Shown here: one piece after another, positions 1 through 9,337 of the stretch | Position numbering within the stretch: the stretch's first letter is position 1 | Layout of the letters: every line of letters starts with the position of its first letter | IMG/VR virus record: IMGVR_UViG_3300032770_000001 | Span: 372,001 to 436,000 of that record | DNA length: 64,000 bases | Direction: 5' to 3' (one strand) | Notes under the pieces: generated by a model | Told to the model about the DNA's origin: nothing | The model's input: the letters and a program-made list of their open reading frames with translations, nothing else | Databases searched by the model: none | Program-made: the position numbers and the translations under genes

Positions 1-47
1 CTTCCCAGATACGGAGCGCCTTGTTGTACGTGCAGGTGCCATATAAT

Positions 48-770
48 TTAACTCCAGTCGTCGCCATAGTCTTGACGTTGAATCCACTGTCCCCACAGGC
101 TTCGTTTGATGACCATCGCGTAGGTGAAAAGAGTGTCGTGGTTGGGGCTCCACATTTGCACATGCCCGTGGACGATCTGAACGTTCACGTCATAGTTCAA
201 CTGCTTAAAGGTTTTCCACTCGCGTTTCGGTTCTCCGAAAGCTTTGTGAATCCCATGCGATGTGTTCCGGATATAGCCGCCGAACGAAAGCCGCAGGTCT
301 GGATCGGTCAGGTAATTCTCAGGGTGTGACGCCGGGAAGCCGGGTGGGACATCGAATGCCACGCGAACCTCATCCATGTTGAACCCGCCTTTGGGCAAAG
401 GCATCGTCCACGACACCGTGAACCAACCGTACTTGTGATCCGCCAGCGTGGTCAACAATTTACCGTCTTTGTCGTAGGCAACGGTGTCCGGGAATTTCGC
501 ACGAAGCTGAGCCAACTGCTCGTCCATAGTGGGCGGCGGTGGAGGCGGAATATACTTCTTGCTGATCTTGAAGTCGTGTGTCTTGCTCAGGTTCTCCAGC
601 GATTGGTTCGCTGCATCGTGCTCTTCGCAGCACGCCAGCCCCTCGCGGAAGGTGCCTTGGTCATCTGTCCAGAACGTCACGAAACAGCCGCAGGTGAACT
701 CCAGTGTTCTGCCGAACGACGTTCCAGTGGTGCCATAGCCGTATTCGAGCTTACTGCACACGTTGTCCAT
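48..770 (-). CDS. Protein with C-terminal prokaryotic E2/UBC-like (family E) domain, probably catalytically altered
   Basis: Pattern LPKGGFN..EVRVAFDVPPGFPASHPENYLTDPDLRL...WSPNHDTLFTYAMVIKRSL resembles Prok-E2 family E. Start placed at 770 by TAATG overlap with the upstream stop. Confidence 0.6.
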   Translation of the reverse strand: MDNVCSKLEYGYGTTGTSFGRTLEFTCGCFVTFWTDDQGTFREGLACCEEHDAANQSLENLSKTHDFKISKKYIPPPPPPTMDEQLAQLRAKFPDTVAYDKDGKLLTTLADHKYGWFTVSWTMPLPKGGFNMDEVRVAFDVPPGFPASHPENYLTDPDLRLSFGGYIRNTSHGIHKAFGEPKREWKTFKQLNYDVNVQIVHGHVQMWSPNHDTLFTYAMVIKRSLWGQWIQRQDYGDDWS

Positions 771-1681
771 TAACTGCCTACCTTGGAGCCGTCCAGCCAC
801 TCAAACTCGCCCTGTTCGCCAACTGGGAGATACTTGCTGCAACCACAACAAAACGTGGAGCCATAGAATTCAGGGTCGCGAGCATAAGTTTCAGCGATAG
901 CCTGCCCCATACTGGTGATGGTGCCGCAGCCGGAGTTCAACTGTGCCTGTGTCCAGAAACGACCGACAAGATTGCTGTCTTCGCGCTCCGGATACTTTTC
1001 GTAAGCGACATAGTCCCACTTTGCGTACTGGATTTTCTCTTCGTCCGTCAAAGGACGAGTCGGATACTTGGGACGCACGCCGACGTGTTTGTAGGAGAGG
1101 CGCACCGGGCGAATAAACCCCTTCGAACGTTCAGTCTCGGATAGGACCCAATGATCTTTGTGCTGCCCGGTGACTGGGTCGATGGGTTGCGGGGCTGAGC
1201 CATATTTATCGACGTAGTCCGGATCAGCCGGACGCCCGGATGCGGTGACGCGACGGCTTTCGAAGCTCCCCTTGCCGGGATCGGCGGGACATTCTTCGGT
1301 CTTTTCCTTGGGGAAGATTTCGCCGTCCTCAAACAGAGCACGAATCTTCTCCTGCTCTTCATCAAGCTGCTTCTGGAGTTCCGGCGTCATGGCAACGTTG
1401 CCGCCCCAGCTATTTATGGATTCCATGCCACGGGCTTTTTCAGCGGGACAGGGGAGAAGCGGACGCCCGTCAGTTACAGTGTCGTTGCTGTGTCCGGTGA
1501 AGGCGATGCCCCACAGTTGACGAAGTTCTTGCCAGTCTGGATGACGATCACAGTATTCGCATTCGCCGGGGGCGTGCAGGACACGTTGATCGCAGTGTGG
1601 AACTTGACCGATATGTTCAAAGCGGCTCATACCAGTACAATACTCAAAGCCCTCTGAAATATTCTGCCATTTGTGGGGCAA
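770..1681 (-). CDS. Hypothetical two-domain Cys/His-containing phage protein
   Basis: N-terminal PHCDQRVLHAPGECEYCD module and C-terminal VLSETERSKGFIRPVR...AETYARDPEFYGSTFCCGC module. True start may be 1630. Confidence 0.6.
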   Translation of the reverse strand: MPHKWQNISEGFEYCTGMSRFEHIGQVPHCDQRVLHAPGECEYCDRHPDWQELRQLWGIAFTGHSNDTVTDGRPLLPCPAEKARGMESINSWGGNVAMTPELQKQLDEEQEKIRALFEDGEIFPKEKTEECPADPGKGSFESRRVTASGRPADPDYVDKYGSAPQPIDPVTGQHKDHWVLSETERSKGFIRPVRLSYKHVGVRPKYPTRPLTDEEKIQYAKWDYVAYEKYPEREDSNLVGRFWTQAQLNSGCGTITSMGQAIAETYARDPEFYGSTFCCGCSKYLPVGEQGEFEWLDGSKVGS

Positions 1682-1814
1682 TGTCGATTACTTCTGTCCG
1701 GCAGCCGTTACAAACAAAACTCACGGTCGGACCGTTGCCAAGACCCGGCGACTCGTAGAGGAAGGTTGCGATCTTTGAACAGCGGTCGCTACCGTAAGCG
1801 CAGGGGATGTTCAT
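1644..1814 (-). CDS. Small Cys-containing hypothetical protein
   Basis: MNIPCAYG...VCNGC portion of ORF 1644..1940; fills the gap between neighbours. Confidence 0.4.
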   Translation of the reverse strand: MNIPCAYGSDRCSKIATFLYESPGLGNGPTVSFVCNGCRTEVIDIAPQMAEYFRGL

Positions 1815-1822
1815 ATCCCGCG

Positions 1823-2215
1823 TTAGAGAAACGAATGCAAGAGATGGACATGGTAAATCGTCTTGCCGTTCATCTCCGCTGGCAGGCTTAGGTGTTTGCT
1901 GCGGGTCGTCACTAGGATCAAAGATTGAATTTCCGAACACTTGCTATATCTCCAAAGCTGCCGCGTCACTAAAGACTGCGACGAATCCACCTTCACTTCA
2001 ATTCCGATGTCGCCAACCAGAAAATCGATGCGATCCCACGCTGAAAGCAGATGCTCGGCTTCGAACGTTAACCCCAATTGGGTGAGTAGAATGCCGATGC
2101 CGCGCTGAAGCTCTTTTTCGTCTTTGTAATGAAACTTTGTGTTATAGATCGCTGTCGCTAAGTCTTTGGCTGTCATCTTCGTCGCCGGGGTCGCATTGTC
2201 CAAACTCATCCACAT
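1823..2215 (-). CDS. PD-(D/E)XK nuclease-like protein
   Basis: E..LQ...RIDFLVGDIGIEVKV...RQLWRY matches the D...ExK...QxxxY motif. Confidence 0.65.
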   Translation of the reverse strand: MWMSLDNATPATKMTAKDLATAIYNTKFHYKDEKELQRGIGILLTQLGLTFEAEHLLSAWDRIDFLVGDIGIEVKVDSSQSLVTRQLWRYSKCSEIQSLILVTTRSKHLSLPAEMNGKTIYHVHLLHSFL

Positions 2216-2471
2216 CCATGTGACCTATCGCATTTTCTGAAAGCTGATGCAGTGTGGGTTCCGGTTCCGAACGTATGCCGCAATCCGGATCATGTCCATG
2301 CTGACTGCATTGAAAGCATTCCGAGCATTTCAACCATTCACTACACCCACAGGGGAGATCGGTGGGAGATTTGTCGCTATACAACAGGCTACGCCCACAC
2401 TCGCCATCCTTGAAATCGCACTCTCGATCTGGGTGTTCACTTTTGCACTTCGAACAGAATGTCGTCGCCAT
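2142..2471 (-). CDS. Cys-rich hypothetical protein
   Basis: MATTFCSKC... with several CxxC motifs; GGAG upstream of ATG 2471. Confidence 0.4.
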   Translation of the reverse strand: MATTFCSKCKSEHPDRECDFKDGECGRSLLYSDKSPTDLPCGCSEWLKCSECFQCSQHGHDPDCGIRSEPEPTLHQLSENAIGHMDVDEFGQCDPGDEDDSQRLSDSDL

Positions 2472-2847
2472 CTTTCCATCTCCGATATTGTTCAGGCATA
2501 CACACCGCGCACGGTCGATAACCCGCCATGATCGCATCGTACTCGTCAGCGAAGAAAACACGGTGTTTGACGTATTGGCCCTTGGCTATGAATCGTAGTG
2601 CGCTGGGACAATCCAACCGACCATAAATCTTGAGCTTCCGGTGTCCGCCGAATTTCCCTTTACGGTTAATCTGGTAGGGCTGCCCAAAGCAGTTAATCAG
2701 GGTATACTGCTTGCCATGGCGGATACGACGTGCGTACCATTCCAGTACGGCTTCCTCGTCGCTCTCTTCAGAGACCGGGATTGCCCTTTGCTTCCGCTGT
2801 TTTCGCGTCAGCATCTCGACCATCTTGCGCTCTGCCTTGCTGCCCAT
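2437..2847 (-). CDS. Ada metal-binding domain protein
   Basis: KIYGRLDCPSA...RVFFADEYDAIMAGYRPCAVC is the Ada Zn-binding signature. Confidence 0.8.
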   Translation of the reverse strand: MGSKAERKMVEMLTRKQRKQRAIPVSEESDEEAVLEWYARRIRHGKQYTLINCFGQPYQINRKGKFGGHRKLKIYGRLDCPSALRFIAKGQYVKHRVFFADEYDAIMAGYRPCAVCMPEQYRRWKDGDDILFEVQK

Positions 2848-3130
2848 TCGGGACTCTCCACATTACTCCAATACTGCGGAGAAATGAGGCGTCCTGCATG
2901 TTGATTGTGGTTTTTCTTACGCAGGATGAACACTGACAATCCCATGACACCACATGGCGGGTACGAGCATAGAACAAAGACTCATCGACATCATCGTAAT
3001 GCTGATGCATCCGTCTCTCCTGTTCCCAGCGCAGCATATCGAGCCGCTCACGCATGAGGTCGGGATCGAGGCCCCAGCCGCAGAGGTAGTAGTGTTCCCA
3101 TCGCCGCTGTGGTTCCGGTTCCCAACCCAT
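2768..3130 (-). CDS. Hypothetical protein
   Basis: ORF in operon context; CxCxxC motif. Confidence 0.45.
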   Translation of the reverse strand: MGWEPEPQRRWEHYYLCGWGLDPDLMRERLDMLRWEQERRMHQHYDDVDESLFYARTRHVVSWDCQCSSCVRKTTINMQDASFLRSIGVMWRVPNGQQGRAQDGRDADAKTAEAKGNPGL

Positions 3131-3150
3131 GCTAAAGAGACGGGTAGTTG

Positions 3151-3873
3151 TTAGCCGCCGACGCCTACGGGCTGGACTTCGACTTCCTCAACCGGAACCT
3201 CATCAATGCTCAAGGCGTTAGTTGAGAGATCGATGGTCATACCACTTTCCAGACCGGACGGAATGCTGTTGGTAGTGAACGCCAGCGACGATGGTTGTGA
3301 CACGCCGGAACCAACGTTGTCGTTATTCAAACCGCAGGTGTTGGTGAACGTCACGGGAGCATCTCCATTGCTGGAGGTCGTCATGGTGAAGTTGCTTTGA
3401 GCAGTGCCGAGGTTTAATGTCTGCCCACCCGTCAGCCCACCGCTGTTCTGTCCACCGGAGATGTTTCCGCTGTTGTAAACATAGGTCGAGCCGCCCTGCC
3501 AGTTCGGGGTGTTCGTGCCGATCACGGTGTTTGGCGAGTTGGTGATGACGTACTGATAGCCGTTCCAGTACCAGTACCAGCCGTGTGGGGCACCGTACCA
3601 GACCCATTGCGGGTAGTTGTAGACGTACTTGACGTTCTGTGGCGGTTCAGTACCTTCGATCAGGGCTTTCAAGCTGCGGTCGAGCATATCCAGCCGCGCC
3701 ACTTCCGCGATCAGGTCCGAGTGAACCTCGTGCGCTTTTGAGAGAACTCGTTCGGCGTGAATCAACGCTTTTTTCTTCGCGGCAAGGTCTTTTGCGGTCT
3801 GTGCTGCGAGTTTTCCGTACTTCGAGGAGTGCTTCTTAACACTTTTCGATGTCTTACTTGTCTTTTTTGGCAT
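3151..3873 (-). CDS. Hypothetical protein (basic N-terminus, coiled coil, W/Y-rich patch, G/N/S/T-rich tail)
   Basis: 240-aa ORF with strong AGGAGG RBS. Confidence 0.7.
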   Translation of the reverse strand: MPKKTSKTSKSVKKHSSKYGKLAAQTAKDLAAKKKALIHAERVLSKAHEVHSDLIAEVARLDMLDRSLKALIEGTEPPQNVKYVYNYPQWVWYGAPHGWYWYWNGYQYVITNSPNTVIGTNTPNWQGGSTYVYNSGNISGGQNSGGLTGGQTLNLGTAQSNFTMTTSSNGDAPVTFTNTCGLNNDNVGSGVSQPSSLAFTTNSIPSGLESGMTIDLSTNALSIDEVPVEEVEVQPVGVGG

Positions 3874-3944
3874 ATCGCCTCCTAAAAATGCACTCCCGTA
3901 GTTCGGAAACGCACTTATAGGTGGTTAATACCGTCGATTTTCAC

Positions 3945-4088
3945 TTAGAGACAGTCGGAATGGAGAATCTTTTTCTTCCCGCCCTTGAAAAAGAAGATGA
4001 AGAGATCGCCGAAGCCGAGACGCTGACACTTCTCACACTTCTGCTCAGGGTCAAACACCTTGATGAATCCGAGAATGCTGTTCTTCAT
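3945..4088 (-). CDS. 47-aa protein, leaderless (not in ORF track)
   Basis: MKNSILGFIKVFDPEQKCEKCQRLGFGDLFIFFFKGGKKKILHSDCL, directly after a TGGTAGAAT promoter motif. Confidence 0.6.
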   Translation of the reverse strand: MKNSILGFIKVFDPEQKCEKCQRLGFGDLFIFFFKGGKKKILHSDCL

Positions 4089-4128
4089 ACCACTATTCTA
4101 CCAGCCGTGTGGCTCGATTCGGGTAGGA
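4089..4128 (-). promoter_or_regulatory. Early-type leaderless promoter
   Basis: CTACC-N18-TGGTAGAAT-N6-ATG; same motif as at 33.2, 35.6 and 39.1 kb. Confidence 0.65.
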
Positions 4129-4147
4129 GGAATTCGTTACTAAAGGG

Positions 4148-4180
4148 AAAGGAAAAGCCCCGGCTGGAGTAACCGGGGCT
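4148..4180 (-). terminator. Rho-independent terminator
   Basis: AGCCCCGG/CCGGGGCT stem plus U-tract after the fibre gene. Confidence 0.7.
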
Positions 4181-4196
4181 GTTGAAATGAAAGGAC

Positions 4197-5342
4197 TTAG
4201 TTGCCCATCACGATGTAGTTGAAGGTCACGGTTCCCGAAACACCGGAACTGGTGTTCACTTGGAAACCGTTTGTGGTGATGTTGTCTACCCAGTACGAAA
4301 CAATCGGCGAAATGTTGCTTGTGGGTACGATCACCACGACAGGTGCGGAACCATACGGCGTGTTGAAAGTGACCGTGTTCGATGTGCCTACAGTGATTGA
4401 GACCGTTCCGGCAATGTCCGTGTTAACCTTGAGATGACCAGCAGGATCGACAGCAAAGCTTGGTGCAACCGCCGAAATGCCCCATGCTTCGAAGGCGTTG
4501 TGCGTACCTGCGCCAGCCGTCAGCTTCGCAACCAAGGCTGGTTGATCTGCTGGCTGCATGATGAGCATTGCAGGTCCGGTAGCGGTTGTTAGAGTCTGGG
4601 TCGTGATAGCGCCGTTCGGGTCAATCCAGAAGTAGCCATCACCATTCTGCGTTTGAATAATAGCGTTGCTGTTCGTTCCGTCGCCGTAAACAATCAGAGA
4701 GGCTGCAATGCTTTCGCTTGGAGTGAAAGTTCCAATAGCGCCGGACGGCTTGATACGAATTGCTTCACTGTTAGTGTCCGTGCTGTAGACCGGAACAAGG
4801 CTGGAGAGCAGTGTGCCGCTGTCCTGAACGTTGCCGTTTGTGTCGTAGGTAAGCACATCGCCGGAGACAATTGTCTGTCCTGTGTTAGTCAACTGAACTG
4901 CGTTGCCGTTGCCGACTTTGGAGTTGATCTGGGAAACCGCCAGCGAACCTGCAAGCTGGTTGAAGTTATAGTCGTTGGTTGCCGCAACGACCACGCCAGA
5001 GCGACCGAACACCGACGTAACGCCGGAAGAGATAGTGCCCGGTGCCCATGCGGTACCGTTCCATTCAATCACTTGATTGATGGTCGCGCCTGACTGAGTG
5101 ATCTGAGAAAGGTTGATGCTAGAAACAGCAGCAGCCGGAGTTGACCAGCCGAGGGTGATGATCGAGTTGTTCGGACCGGAAAGGTTCTGAACAGTCATCA
5201 CTTGACCGACGCCGACCGGAACGGAATTCGGCAACCAGATTGTGGTGCCGCCGCCGATGGGCTGCGAACCGAGAGAGGTCGTACCGGACGAGAATCCCTG
5301 AAATACGACTACACCGTTAACCGGAAGATTTTGCTGTGCCAT
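4197..5342 (-). CDS. Tail/head fibre-like virion protein
   Basis: G/S/T/N-rich; GVTSVFGRSG fibre motif; C-terminal VTFNTPYGSAPVVV (H-lectin/gp53-like) domain. Confidence 0.65.
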   Translation of the reverse strand: MAQQNLPVNGVVVFQGFSSGTTSLGSQPIGGGTTIWLPNSVPVGVGQVMTVQNLSGPNNSIITLGWSTPAAAVSSINLSQITQSGATINQVIEWNGTAWAPGTISSGVTSVFGRSGVVVAATNDYNFNQLAGSLAVSQINSKVGNGNAVQLTNTGQTIVSGDVLTYDTNGNVQDSGTLLSSLVPVYSTDTNSEAIRIKPSGAIGTFTPSESIAASLIVYGDGTNSNAIIQTQNGDGYFWIDPNGAITTQTLTTATGPAMLIMQPADQPALVAKLTAGAGTHNAFEAWGISAVAPSFAVDPAGHLKVNTDIAGTVSITVGTSNTVTFNTPYGSAPVVVIVPTSNISPIVSYWVDNITTNGFQVNTSSGVSGTVTFNYIVMGN

Positions 5343-5354
5343 GTGTTTCCCCTA

Positions 5355-6098
5355 TTACAGGCTGCGAACCAGAACGTAAACGAGGTTCGAGCTTGCTTGA
5401 AATTGGACTTGACCACTTGCCTGTGTAAACACAGACCCCGGCACCACTTTGAACTCCACATGACCTTCATCCACGATGGGATAGGCCACGATGTCATCTG
5501 TACGCTGCGTGCAAGAGTCCGGTGCCGACGTGACGTTGATGGTCGAGCTATTGGCAACGTATGTCTGCCACAGCGCGGCACCAGCCGTCGAAGTCGGGTG
5601 AACGTTCAGATTGCCAAGACCAGCCTTGGCGATCCATGGAGCCGAAGGAATGCTTGCGGTGCCCGTGTCTGAGGCTGCCGCATAATCGGCATGGGTGTAA
5701 TTTGCTGAGAACTGCGTGCTCGACAGACCGGACGACAGGACGGTGACCGTCTGACCGTTCAGGAAGGTTGCCGTTGTCAATCCGCTCAGCGTGACTTGAT
5801 CGCCAGCCTGAAGCGTATTCACTGACTGGATAGTCAGAACGTTCGATGTGACGGCGACGTTCGAGATGCTCGATGCCAGCGAGAAATTGACCACCTGACC
5901 CTGCGTGTATGTGACTGCCGCGTTCCATGCCGCAGCATCCGAAGATGGATGGCAATAGAACGTCACGAGGTCATTGTTGCTTGCCACGAAGTAATTGCCA
6001 TTGGTCGGGTCGCACGCGATGAACGTGGGCGTGATCGACCACGGACCGACAGGCTGGAGAGTCGTTACTGGGACGTTGGGTAAAAGTGTGAGTGCCAT
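5355..6098 (-). CDS. Virion structural protein with CBM5/12-like motif and inserted beta-barrel (FCCH-like) domain
   Basis: AWNAAVTYTQGQVV...; NTLQAGDQVTLSGLTTATFLNGQTVTV. Confidence 0.55.
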   Translation of the reverse strand: MALTLLPNVPVTTLQPVGPWSITPTFIACDPTNGNYFVASNNDLVTFYCHPSSDAAAWNAAVTYTQGQVVNFSLASSISNVAVTSNVLTIQSVNTLQAGDQVTLSGLTTATFLNGQTVTVLSSGLSSTQFSANYTHADYAAASDTGTASIPSAPWIAKAGLGNLNVHPTSTAGAALWQTYVANSSTINVTSAPDSCTQRTDDIVAYPIVDEGHVEFKVVPGSVFTQASGQVQFQASSNLVYVLVRSL

Positions 6099-6101
6099 TT
6101 C

Positions 6102-6326
6102 TTATTCCTTCTTGCGTGAAGCCTTCCACGCCTCGAATTCTTCGTGTTCCTTGATCGACAACTGAACTTTCTTCACGCCCTTGTTCCAGAGCCGCTTGCC
6201 GATCCATTCCACCCCAGCTTTAAGGGTGGAACCGACCACAAGAGCGACGGAGCCGATGGTGTAGTGAAGAAGTTTGTCATCCCACGTCACCCTCGCCAAA
6301 TAGTTATGAATAGGGCCGAGAAACAT
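6102..6326 (-). CDS. Small membrane protein
   Basis: One hydrophobic segment, basic C-terminus. Confidence 0.5.
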   Translation of the reverse strand: MFLGPIHNYLARVTWDDKLLHYTIGSVALVVGSTLKAGVEWIGKRLWNKGVKKVQLSIKEHEEFEAWKASRKKE

Positions 6327-6328
6327 AG

Positions 6329-6631
6329 TTATTTCGCCAACGGCACAACTGCCGGAGCCGCAGGTGGTTTGTTGGTCTTCACGTACAAGTAACCAGCCAG
6401 ACCGCCGCTGCCCAAAAACACCAGCAGGAGCAGATCGAACTCGCTCTTCAGGCCGTTGGTCAGGTTGAACTTGCTATAGTCGAGAACCGACGCACCGACA
6501 ACCGCCGACAGAGACGACCAGCCGCCGTGGATAGCAGCCGAAGTGATAGCTTTCACATACAGAAGCCACGGTTTGGTAGCGTCGTACTCAGCCTTGAGCC
6601 AGTTGGTAACAGCAGTGATTGGGTTGAACAT
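6329..6631 (-). CDS. Holin-like membrane protein
   Basis: 100 aa, two hydrophobic segments, AGGAGG RBS. Confidence 0.4.
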   Translation of the reverse strand: MFNPITAVTNWLKAEYDATKPWLLYVKAITSAAIHGGWSSLSAVVGASVLDYSKFNLTNGLKSEFDLLLLVFLGSGGLAGYLYVKTNKPPAAPAVVPLAK

Positions 6632-6663
6632 GAAGCCCTCCTATGAATAGAGGGCGGTAGGCA

Positions 6664-6969
6664 CTATTCTTCTTCGCTGAAGCCGAGAATCCTAGCGTAA
6701 AGTCGTCCAGACCAATGCCATAGACGCATAATCCGGGCTGTGGTGGGATAGGAGAGGTTGAAGTGTCCGAAAAGCCAGTATTCCGGCTGAGAAATAAAAA
6801 CATCTATGACAGCCCAAATTCTGGCAGGAGCTTTCCTCCAGCGAGACCACTTGGGTTTGCCTTTGAGTTCGCCTCGATAGGCTTTGGAGTCGTGCTCGTA
6901 GAAAATGAAGGCACCGTACAGCCGACGCCAAAATGGAATGTACCAGCAGTAGCGTTTATAGCGTATCAA
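6664..6969 (-). CDS. Hypothetical aromatic/basic protein
   Basis: Coupled ORF in operon. Confidence 0.45.
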   Translation of the reverse strand: MIRYKRYCWYIPFWRRLYGAFIFYEHDSKAYRGELKGKPKWSRWRKAPARIWAVIDVFISQPEYWLFGHFNLSYPTTARIMRLWHWSGRLYARILGFSEEE

Positions 6970-7162
6970 CGTGCGTGACTCCGACGATGCCTTTCCATGC
7001 CCGGAGGAGTTGAGCCTTCTGCTTGTCGGTCACTTCCACCCGGAGATGAACGCAACCGTTGATCGCCAGTACGTAAGGTAGTTGAATCGCACGGCGAGAC
7101 AACTCGGTCAAGATGCGCATCAACACACCTTGTTCGTCGCGGTAGTAGATTCGAGCCATCAT
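6956..7162 (-). CDS. Hypothetical protein
   Basis: ATGA-coupled ORF. Confidence 0.5.
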   Translation of the reverse strand: MMARIYYRDEQGVLMRILTELSRRAIQLPYVLAINGCVHLRVEVTDKQKAQLLRAWKGIVGVTHVDTL

Positions 7163-7344
7163 GCAGAAGCAGCACGGTGCTTGGAGCGGCAGTTGTGTTC
7201 GTCCTTGTCAAGGTGACGAGAGCAAAACAGGAACCCGCAACCGGGGCAGGTTTCCAGATCGTTGCGTGCCTGTTCGCAAGTTTTGCAATATTCGATACAG
7301 CAAGTGCCGTAGAAGTCGTCGAACTCTTGTCGAATGCATCCCAT
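7159..7344 (-). CDS. Small protein with AN1-like zinc finger
   Basis: CPGCGFLFCSRHLDKDEHNC = CxxC-x3-FC-x2-H-x5-H-x-C. Confidence 0.55.
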   Translation of the reverse strand: MGCIRQEFDDFYGTCCIEYCKTCEQARNDLETCPGCGFLFCSRHLDKDEHNCRSKHRAASA

Positions 7345-7355
7345 AGTGACTCCTA

Positions 7356-7946
7356 TTACTTCCCAGTGAATTTGTGAACCATTTTGAACAGATCGGCTTC
7401 GCTTAGACCAACGTGATAGCCGACATTGACGAGTTCCTCAGCCGACAACCCATCGAACCATTGCTTGTACATGGCGATGACGTTGTCTTTGGTCATGCCG
7501 AGATCGGTCGCCAATCTTGCAGGCGTGATCCAGCAGTGTCCCGCATGGTTGCGATCTGCGGAACAACCGGGCTCATGAGGGGCTGTGGATTTGAGTTGGC
7601 GGAAGCCGACAATGTCTTTCAGAGGAACCGTATCAACGACGCCCTCATCCTCATTGTAGCCAGTGCCCCATTTTCCGATGACGAAGAAGGCGTTATCGCG
7701 ATAGTAGTGTCCGGTGTTGTACTGATTCATGATGTCAACCGGGTAGATGTTCCATTCGCGGCTACCTTCTCTCGGCTCATCGCTGGACATCAACCACGGC
7801 GTACCATACTGGAGACCGAGACGGTTGGGACGATCACAGACATGTTCCTTCCCGTCTGCGGTGAGAATAACGACGTTGCCGTCCGAGATGTTGCCTTCAA
7901 CTGTAAATTCCGCGCCGTTGCGACGAATTGCTTTTAATCCGAACAT
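7356..7946 (-). CDS. Hypothetical protein
   Basis: 196-aa ORF with GGAGG RBS. Confidence 0.65.
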   Translation of the reverse strand: MFGLKAIRRNGAEFTVEGNISDGNVVILTADGKEHVCDRPNRLGLQYGTPWLMSSDEPREGSREWNIYPVDIMNQYNTGHYYRDNAFFVIGKWGTGYNEDEGVVDTVPLKDIVGFRQLKSTAPHEPGCSADRNHAGHCWITPARLATDLGMTKDNVIAMYKQWFDGLSAEELVNVGYHVGLSEADLFKMVHKFTGK

Positions 7947-7947
7947 A

Positions 7948-8676
7948 CTACCTCCAGTAACCGTGGTCTTTTGTGAATTGGCTCTCGCGATGTGAGAACA
8001 GGGCGGTGCCGAGGAAAAGCTTGGCGAGTTTCCAGTAGCCCATCTTTTGGAATCGCCGATCTGATGTAGTAACGTAGCCGGGAACGACGCGGAAGCGGTT
8101 CCATTTCACCTGCTTGGAAAGCATGTAGTCCTCAGCGAACAACGCTTTCTCATTGAAACCGCCGAGTTGATTAAAAACCTCACGGCTGAAAAACATGCAC
8201 ATCCCTGTGGAGAACGGCGTGCCGAAAAATCGCGAGCCACGCTGATAGAAGTTGTTCACCGCATAGGCAAGCTTTGAGCGAAACGCACCATACGGACAGG
8301 CAATATTTGTAGTCGCACAATGCAGGCCCTTCGCACGCATCAGTTGTATCGCACGCTCGATGAGGTATTGATCCGGAATCTCCACATCGGCGTCAAGGAA
8401 GAGCAGGTAGCGGGATTCGGCTCGTTTAGCCCCGGCATTGCGTCCAACAGCCGGAAGTCCGCCTTGGATGATCTCCACGTTCAGCCCATACATATCGGCA
8501 GCGGCACGGGCTGCGCTGGTTGTTAGATCGGTCGAGCCTGCGTCAGCGACGAAGATTTTGGGGTGGTTATCCCGCGTGTAGGTCTGAAAGAAGATCGAAC
8601 GAAGGACTCGGAAGATGTTCTTCTGCTCGTTTTTCGTTGGGATGATTATCGTCAACTCGGTGGACATGAATTTCAA
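7948..8676 (-). CDS. Glycosyltransferase family 2
   Basis: IIIPTKNE, VADAGSTD, GRNAGA, LFLDAD, GGFNE...AED motifs. Confidence 0.9.
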   Translation of the reverse strand: MKFMSTELTIIIPTKNEQKNIFRVLRSIFFQTYTRDNHPKIFVADAGSTDLTTSAARAAADMYGLNVEIIQGGLPAVGRNAGAKRAESRYLLFLDADVEIPDQYLIERAIQLMRAKGLHCATTNIACPYGAFRSKLAYAVNNFYQRGSRFFGTPFSTGMCMFFSREVFNQLGGFNEKALFAEDYMLSKQVKWNRFRVVPGYVTTSDRRFQKMGYWKLAKLFLGTALFSHRESQFTKDHGYWR

Positions 8677-9337
8677 CCCTGTCGGTTAGCGATAGATAGG
8701 TGCCATGATCGCCAACCCAGTCTCCCGCATTCCAGTATTCTACACCATCTCCCCACTCGTGCATAGCGAGATGGGTGTGCCCGCAGAACACAAAATCAGC
8801 ACCCACATGAACAGCGTGCTTGAGCGCACCCTTGGCGACCGCGATGTCCAGCCGCTCCCAATGCGTGTGAAGTTTGTCCAGAAGTCGGGGGAGCCATTTC
8901 TTCAGGAAATTGATGTGCTGCATCCACAGGTAAATTGGTGTGAAGATGCGACCGAGGAACGGTACACCCTTCGCCCAAAGCTTATCGTACTGGTGCCCAT
9001 GAATGGCAAGGCACTTTTTGCCCCGCCATTCCCACGTGTACTCTTGGTACACGCGGACTCCGATAAGGTGTTCCATGACTTCCGTGATTCCGGCGTCATG
9101 GTTCCCTTCGACCCACACGACCTCGACTCCACGCTTCGGGTTAGAGAGCTTGCGGATATACGAGATAAGACGCCAATGGTCTTTGGTGAGCCGGGAGAAG
9201 TTTAGGTCCTGAAAGATGTCGCCCAGCAGGATCAGGCGTTTGAACTGAGAGTTTTGCAGCAAGTGCAGAAGATCAGCAGCTTTGCTTACCGGGCTGCCGA
9301 GATGCACATCGGAGATGATAAGAGTTTCGCAATTCAT
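8567..9337 (-). CDS. Calcineurin-like metallophosphoesterase, UDP-2,3-diacylglucosamine hydrolase (LpxH)-like
   Basis: SDVHLG, LLGDIF, GNHD, HGHQYD, CGHTH, NAGDW motifs. Confidence 0.85.
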   Translation of the reverse strand: MNCETLIISDVHLGSPVSKAADLLHLLQNSQFKRLILLGDIFQDLNFSRLTKDHWRLISYIRKLSNPKRGVEVVWVEGNHDAGITEVMEHLIGVRVYQEYTWEWRGKKCLAIHGHQYDKLWAKGVPFLGRIFTPIYLWMQHINFLKKWLPRLLDKLHTHWERLDIAVAKGALKHAVHVGADFVFCGHTHLAMHEWGDGVEYWNAGDWVGDHGTYLSLTDRVEIHVHRVDDNHPNEKRAEEHLPSPSFDLLSDLHAG

